Shown in pieces: positions 23,689 to 28,256 of a stretch of DNA of 28,256 nt. The position numbers and the translations under genes were made by a program. The notes under the pieces were generated by a model, which was given only the letters and a program-made list of their open reading frames with translations, did no database searches and was not told where the DNA came from. This DNA comes from a virus (taxonomy: Duplodnaviria; Caudoviricetes). The stretch's first letter is position 1, and each line of letters begins with the position of its first letter. The DNA is taken from positions 1 through 28,256 of the IMG/VR virus record IMGVR_UViG_3300030049_000055. One strand, written 5' to 3'.

Positions 23689-23928
23689 ATGATGAACCTA
23701 ATCGACTACTTCGCCGACATCGAATTTCGCCTATACCAAATCGAACAGGACTTAAAAGGAGGAACCGCCATCATCGACGCCAGCGACTTATCCGGCAAGG
23801 AAAAGACCGACGCCCTGGCCGATTGCGCCCGCGCCCTGCACCATGTCATCCGAGCGCACGCTAACGCGCAAGGCGTGACACTTACCGCCATGTTTCCGAA
23901 TATCGCCGAATTGGTAGAAGGAGTTTGA
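23689..23928 (+). CDS. Hypothetical early protein
   Basis: 79-aa helical ORF in the operon. Confidence 0.65.
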   Translation: MMNLIDYFADIEFRLYQIEQDLKGGTAIIDASDLSGKEKTDALADCARALHHVIRAHANAQGVTLTAMFPNIAELVEGV

Positions 23929-23930
23929 AC

Positions 23931-24632
23931 ATGCTTACAACAACCCTAAAACGCATTCGCGCGCATGGCCCGTGCGGGGACGGATGGAGAAAACTTCTAA
24001 CCGGGCTTGGCAAAACATCTGCGGATGATGAACCCCTTCCATACGCCGAAATCCTACGCATCAACGGCTTGGATGACGCGATATGGTGTTGCCGAGCCGA
24101 ACCGCAACACGCACGCGAATGGAGATTGTTCGCGGTATGGTGCGCGCGTCAGGTGCAGCATTTGATGACTGACGAACAGTCGATTGCGGAAATTGATGTA
24201 GCGGAACGACACGCTAACGGCGACGCGACAGATCGAGAATTATATGCTGCGGATGCTGCTGCGCGGGATGCTGCGTGGAATGCTGCGCGGAATGCTGCGT
24301 GGGCTACTGCGGATGCTGCTGCGCGGGCTGCTGCGTGGGCTACTGCGGAGGATGCTGCGTGGAATGCTGCGCGGAATGCTGCGTGGGCTACTGCGGATGA
24401 TGCTGCGTGGAATGCTGCGTGGAATGCTGCGTGGGCTACTGCGGATGCTTCTGCGCGGGCTGCTGCGTGGGCTACTGCGGATGCTGCTGCGCGGAATGCT
24501 GCGTGGGCTACTGCGGATGCTGCTGCGCGGGCTGCTGCGTGGGCTACTGCGTGGAATGCTGCGTGGAATGCTGCGGAGGATGCTGCGGAGGATGCTCAAT
24601 CTAAAAAGTTTCTCGAAATAGTCGGAGGATAA
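23931..24632 (+). CDS. Conserved phage protein with Imm5-like helical domain and AAxx tetrapeptide repeat tail
   Basis: ATG at 23931 with SD AAGGAG. 'TTLKRIRAHGPC.DGW.KLL..LGKT.ADDEPL...NGLDDAIWC...WRLFAVWCARQVQHLMTD' followed by 29 tetrapeptide repeats. Confidence 0.8.
   Translation: MLTTTLKRIRAHGPCGDGWRKLLTGLGKTSADDEPLPYAEILRINGLDDAIWCCRAEPQHAREWRLFAVWCARQVQHLMTDEQSIAEIDVAERHANGDATDRELYAADAAARDAAWNAARNAAWATADAAARAAAWATAEDAAWNAARNAAWATADDAAWNAAWNAAWATADASARAAAWATADAAARNAAWATADAAARAAAWATAWNAAWNAAEDAAEDAQSKKFLEIVGG
24246..24593 (+). repeat. 29 x 12-bp coding tandem repeat (DCTGCG-NNN-NNT)
   Basis: Units encode AAWN, AAWA, AARN, AARA, TADA, AAED etc., with invariant CTGCG in every unit. Confidence 0.95.
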
Positions 24633-24635
24633 ATT

Positions 24636-24764
24636 ATGTCAAACGAACTCACTCCATCCCTATCCGGACTGATCGCCGCGTTCGCATGGGACATTGCCGA
24701 GCTTATGCTTGCGTTGTGCGCGGCGTGCGGAATTGGCGCTGTTATCGCGTGGTGGCTGCTGTGA
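24636..24764 (+). CDS. Small membrane protein (42 aa)
   Basis: SD GGAGG; MSNELTPSLSGLIAAFAWDIAELMLALCAACGIGAVIAWWLL; GTGA overlap with the next gene. Confidence 0.6.
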   Translation: MSNELTPSLSGLIAAFAWDIAELMLALCAACGIGAVIAWWLL

Positions 24765-25078
24765 GCGCCGGCCATACGCCGGGGCCGTGGCGCTTCGAGT
24801 TGGCAATCGGACCGCATGGCCAGAAATGTTATCACACCATAAAATGCAACGAATACGATTATGTAGCTTCAACTTGGGGGAAACCACATGAGGCCAACGC
24901 CCGCCTAATCGCCGCTGCGCCCGAACTGCTGGCGGCGCTGAAGGAACTACTGGAATCATACGAAAGACAAATGCATTCGGAATACGATTTCCCAGGTAGC
25001 CCTTGGAGTGCAGAAAGGGACAATGATACAGAAGCTTTAAATGCAATGAAGGCCATCGCCAAAGCCGAAGGGAAATAA
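24761..25078 (+). CDS. Widespread phage protein of the 'HTPGPW...ANARLIAAAPELL' family, function unknown
   Basis: GTG start at 24761 gives MSAGHTPGPW; both family motifs are present. Confidence 0.75.
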   Translation: MSAGHTPGPWRFELAIGPHGQKCYHTIKCNEYDYVASTWGKPHEANARLIAAAPELLAALKELLESYERQMHSEYDFPGSPWSAERDNDTEALNAMKAIAKAEGK

Positions 25079-25079
25079 T

Positions 25080-27281
25080 CTACCCCTTCCACCTAAAACT
25101 AACGAGAGGCCGGCCTACCCCTTTGGTTTCCTGCCTCTCGACAATTCCGGCCCCCGCCAAATGGTTTGTGATATTCTCAAGATCGCGCCCATTTATATGC
25201 CGGATGGCGCGCAGCAATTGCGACCTAGTGATAACTCCAGCATCTCGAATTTCTTTCTTAACGTCGTTTAGCTCGGCTTCATATCCTGACTTAGCCATCA
25301 TATTCTCAGCCGCGTCGCTCATGGATTTTGCGCTCGATACCGCCCAAGCCGCGCCCCATTGCATGTCCACAAGTTCAAGCTCGGCATAAGCGCCGGCTCG
25401 GCTGACCGCATGGATACCACCTAGACGGATCGAATATTCGTACACACGGCCCCAGAGGTCGCCGTACTTGGCTTCCGTCACAACCTCATTGACCTGTTTT
25501 TTGAAAGCCTTCACCGCATCCCGCACGCCATACGCCCATTCGAGCTTGCGCTCGGGAACTTCGACGTTCGGCGAGAACACGCCAAGTACATTACCCAAGC
25601 TACCGCCAAGCGCCGGAACAATCCCATGCAAGCAATCAATTACAATCTGCGGAACTGGTATTGTCTCTATATCCTCGTCCTCATCACAACGAGGCGCAGC
25701 TTCCGCGATCAGAAATCGGTTCATAAAGCCGTCCGCAGCGTCCGCATTCTGCAAGGTCGCGTAGAACTTCTCAGGCGTGGATGCACCTAGGATCGTCAGG
25801 GACGGGCTCCTGACAGGCACGGAAGCCGACTGTGCCCTATGCGTCGTCATGAAGGCGTCCTTGCCCATTGTTCGCGACCATAACTCCAGCAAAAGCGGCT
25901 TGATGGCCTGTTCATGGGTTGAAGATCGCCGGTGCGAAATCCGGCTCATCAAATTTGCGCCGAGTTCGTCAATAATCGCGACACAGCACGGGTTATCCAC
26001 CATCATGCTTTCAAATCCCGAAACAGCAAAAGACTTCCCGGACTGACGCAGCGACGGCATGCCAGCCGCCTTGAAAATCTCCCCAGGCGCGGACAATGGG
26101 CGATCCTTGCCGACGCCTGTTTTGGCGAGCATGGCTATGTAAAGGTTCATCGCCGTCGCAGATGCGGAATAGAGATGGCGTCCGCAAATGGTCGATATGA
26201 TCGCGGTTGCGGCGGCTACGGCTAACGGACGATTTGGCATAGGACTTGTCGCCAAAATCCAATTGGCGATTTCGGAAAGCAGACCGACAGGCTTTGCCCA
26301 ATCGACGGACGCGCCAAGATCGATGACGACGGGATCGGGCTTTTTGGCGCGAGCGCCCGACATGGCGGCGGCGGCTTCTACAACCGTGACGGGGACCTCT
26401 ATATCGCGTTCCGGCTTCTGGCGAGGCTGTAGGCGTCCCTTGGACAACCCGGATCGGATTGTGGCGTTCGTCGCCGGCCATCCGTCCTCGCGCGCTAGGC
26501 CGCATGCCAAGGCCGCGTTGCGAAGCGCCGAGACAATATCGGCCTCTTGAAGATACCCGCCGCCCACGAGCTGGCCGAGCGAGAATGCAGCCTTGTTGAG
26601 CGTGTCGTTTCGTCCGCCCTTGCCGCAGGATGCGACCTCGCGCGTTTCGGCGTCGAGCGCCGCTTGCGCCCATGCTTCGATAGCCCGCGTTGGCGCGCGG
26701 ATCGGCACCACGGATGACGGCTGGAAATCAACCGGAACAGGCCCACCAAGCGCCTCGATTAGCGCGACGGCGAATGTCTGTTCGACCTCGCTGGAAACCT
26801 CTGGCAGATCGGCAAGCGAAAACGTCGCCGGCGTCTCGCCTTCCCAATCAAACTCTGACCCGTCAGGATGAACGCCAAAGGCGACGAATTGCTGGCCTGC
26901 GCCAAGAACCTCAACCTTGCCAGCCGTTGTCTTGATGATACGCTTTGGCCCAGATCCTCGATAGACGAGAAGACGGCGCGGGGAATTGGAACGAAACCGG
27001 ATGAGCGGAGTTGATCCAAGTAGCTTGATTGAAAGCGCAACGGCTTTTTGCGCCGCGTCGGGATCGTCTATGTCTATGTCTATGGCGCGAATTGTAGAAC
27101 AGTTTATGCCCGTGTTGCGCGTGATATGCGCGAGCGGAGGAACGCCACGAATAAGCGTCCACGCGCGATTGATTGGAGCCTTTTCGTTCGTCTTGACCGG
27201 GACGGGCTGAAATCCATGAGCGTATATCGCGCGCCGCAACGCCGTAATAGGATCTTCCGGTTCAAGTGGGAGCGCGACCAT
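25080..27281 (-). CDS. Bifunctional primase/polymerase (Prim-Pol) - PriCT-like - DUF3987-like helicase - wHTH fusion
   Basis: N-terminal 'PVPV...KAP...NTGI...AIDIDIDD...QQFVAFGVHP' (AEP DxD and His). PriCT-like 'GGRNDTLNKAAFSLGQLV'. Walker A AKTGVGKD, Walker B IIDELG, 'DGFMNRFL'. C-terminal wHTH. Confidence 0.88.
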   Translation of the reverse strand: MVALPLEPEDPITALRRAIYAHGFQPVPVKTNEKAPINRAWTLIRGVPPLAHITRNTGINCSTIRAIDIDIDDPDAAQKAVALSIKLLGSTPLIRFRSNSPRRLLVYRGSGPKRIIKTTAGKVEVLGAGQQFVAFGVHPDGSEFDWEGETPATFSLADLPEVSSEVEQTFAVALIEALGGPVPVDFQPSSVVPIRAPTRAIEAWAQAALDAETREVASCGKGGRNDTLNKAAFSLGQLVGGGYLQEADIVSALRNAALACGLAREDGWPATNATIRSGLSKGRLQPRQKPERDIEVPVTVVEAAAAMSGARAKKPDPVVIDLGASVDWAKPVGLLSEIANWILATSPMPNRPLAVAAATAIISTICGRHLYSASATAMNLYIAMLAKTGVGKDRPLSAPGEIFKAAGMPSLRQSGKSFAVSGFESMMVDNPCCVAIIDELGANLMSRISHRRSSTHEQAIKPLLLELWSRTMGKDAFMTTHRAQSASVPVRSPSLTILGASTPEKFYATLQNADAADGFMNRFLIAEAAPRCDEDEDIETIPVPQIVIDCLHGIVPALGGSLGNVLGVFSPNVEVPERKLEWAYGVRDAVKAFKKQVNEVVTEAKYGDLWGRVYEYSIRLGGIHAVSRAGAYAELELVDMQWGAAWAVSSAKSMSDAAENMMAKSGYEAELNDVKKEIRDAGVITRSQLLRAIRHINGRDLENITNHLAGAGIVERQETKGVGRPLVSFRWKG

Positions 27282-27285
27282 TTCA

Positions 27286-27633
27286 CTAGTGGAACCTTCT
27301 CGTTATATCGCGAATAGCCGTCTCATATTCCTCAATCACCTTATGCAAAAAATCATACCACTCCTTCTCACTCATCTTGTTAAAGTCGGACTTACCCAAT
27401 CTTTCGAGATATTCGCCAATGCCAGCCGATGCGTTGTAAACGCCTTCACAACGCATTTTCTTTCGGCCTGCATCGCTCATGTCCGCGAACGATTTACCGA
27501 CTGGCGCGCAAACGTCGCATCGAAAGACGTGACGTTGCGTTTTAGGTCCGATTGATTGACCCCAATCCGTCCAACCGAGACAGATCGCGCATAGATGCTG
27601 ACCGTGTAGGGTTGGATGAGGATATTGGCGCAT
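27286..27633 (-). CDS. DUF6511-like Zn-finger protein upstream of primase
   Basis: Likely start MRQYP (ATG 27631-27633). CAIC...CDVC followed by 'GEYLERLGKSDF..MSEKEW..FL..VIEEY'. Confidence 0.6.
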   Translation of the reverse strand: MRQYPHPTLHGQHLCAICLGWTDWGQSIGPKTQRHVFRCDVCAPVGKSFADMSDAGRKKMRCEGVYNASAGIGEYLERLGKSDFNKMSEKEWYDFLHKVIEEYETAIRDITRRFH

Positions 27634-27634
27634 G

Positions 27635-27838
27635 TCACTTATTGCGCTCGGCGAGCATTGCGTCGGCAAAGAGGTATGCCTGCTTGACGATAGAGCCGTC
27701 TTCAGGATTCGCAAGCAAACCAACAAGCGCCTGCCCCGCGAAGAAATCGCGTAGGCTCATGCCGGGGAGGCGGTCCATGCCCCAATTAGCCCTGTCTACT
27801 GGAAACGCCGGTCCGCCATCGTCTTTTTCCTCGCTCAC
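27635..27838 (-). CDS. Widespread small phage protein of the 'GGPAFP...GMSLRDFFA...ADAML' family, function unknown
   Basis: All family motifs are present; SD AAGGAG. Confidence 0.8.
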   Translation of the reverse strand: MSEEKDDGGPAFPVDRANWGMDRLPGMSLRDFFAGQALVGLLANPEDGSIVKQAYLFADAMLAERNK

Positions 27839-28256
27839 GCTGCTCTCCTTTGCAGTTTCACGCCAACAACATCAAAAAACTTACCGTTAGGACGGATTTG
27901 AATAGCCTCAACCTGTCCAAGCTCGCCAAAGCGCGCAATCCCTTCCTCTGCTGTGATCGGAACCGGATTTTTCCCGCCCATCCTGTTCCACCACGAAACA
28001 GCTTTCGAGCGCGGATAACCATCGTGACCAAGGCATACCCATTCCCGCTGTGTCGTTAGACCGCAGAAATACTCAACCCGCATTGACGTAGGCGAACCTA
28101 GTTTTTCATGCAGAAACGCCTTCATGGATTGAACGTTGATCCACGTCGGAGCGCCAGTTGACAAGATCGAATGTTCGGAATCCGCCCGAACGCCATGCTT
28201 GGGTAGCTTGTCCTCGTCATGCCTGAAACTGTGACCGCACACAGGACATTCGAGCG
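27835..28256 (-). CDS. C-terminus of RadD/YejH-like SF2 helicase (partial, runs off the right edge)
   Basis: The frame continues to the edge as LECPVCGHSF. 'SMRVEYFCGL...EWVCLGH.GYPRSKA..WW' is typical of the C-terminal domain of these phage helicases. Confidence 0.7.
   Translation of the reverse strand, partial: LECPVCGHSFRHDEDKLPKHGVRADSEHSILSTGAPTWINVQSMKAFLHEKLGSPTSMRVEYFCGLTTQREWVCLGHDGYPRSKAVSWWNRMGGKNPVPITAEEGIARFGELGQVEAIQIRPNGKFFDVVGVKLQRRAA

Noticed and set aside
24240-24621. Cys-rich (CCVECCVGYCG), MLRG-repeat and antisense IPRS-repeat ORFs; also a possible CRISPR-like array
   Set aside because: All are alternative frames of the 12-bp coding minisatellite and lack their own RBS. 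There are no unique 30-40 nt spacers, so it is not CRISPR.
27635-27838. GGPAFP/GMSLRD family protein as another anti-defence sponge
   Set aside because: It is small and widespread, but I cannot tie it to any characterised anti-defence family from sequence alone.

Overview
This is a 28-kb internal segment of a tailed dsDNA phage (Caudoviricetes, podovirus-like gene set). The host is probably alphaproteobacterial, inferred from the gene families and from promoters lacking the -7 T. Most genes are on the minus strand. Reading from the right end leftwards, the first block is replication: a partial RadD-like SF2 helicase, a DUF6511-like protein and a Prim-Pol/helicase/wHTH fusion. A short plus-strand 'early' operon follows, then a stand-alone paralog of the primase wHTH next to an AT-rich, iteron/IHF-site-bearing putative origin. 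The late operon comprises TerS, TerL, portal, three basic or low-complexity proteins sharing a repeated basic-x-x-GG motif, a GroES-like co-chaperonin, scaffold, decoration protein, major capsid protein, a free-standing homing endonuclease, tail/adaptor proteins and a beta-helix spike. The most notable observations are: (i) the shared GG-motif proteins, possibly a processing or packaging system; (ii) a spike with a Sec signal peptide and five apparent Cys pairs; (iii) two signalling-molecule sponge genes (Tad2-like and Acb2/Tad1-like) inside the head module; (iv) one small beta-rich module inserted in three or four virion proteins; (v) a multi-hairpin capsid leader with twin CCCGGYG loops; and (vi) the wHTH paralog/origin arrangement. 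All family assignments come from motif recognition by eye, and no database searches were run. No rRNA, tRNA, CRISPR array, integrase or lysis gene was recognised.
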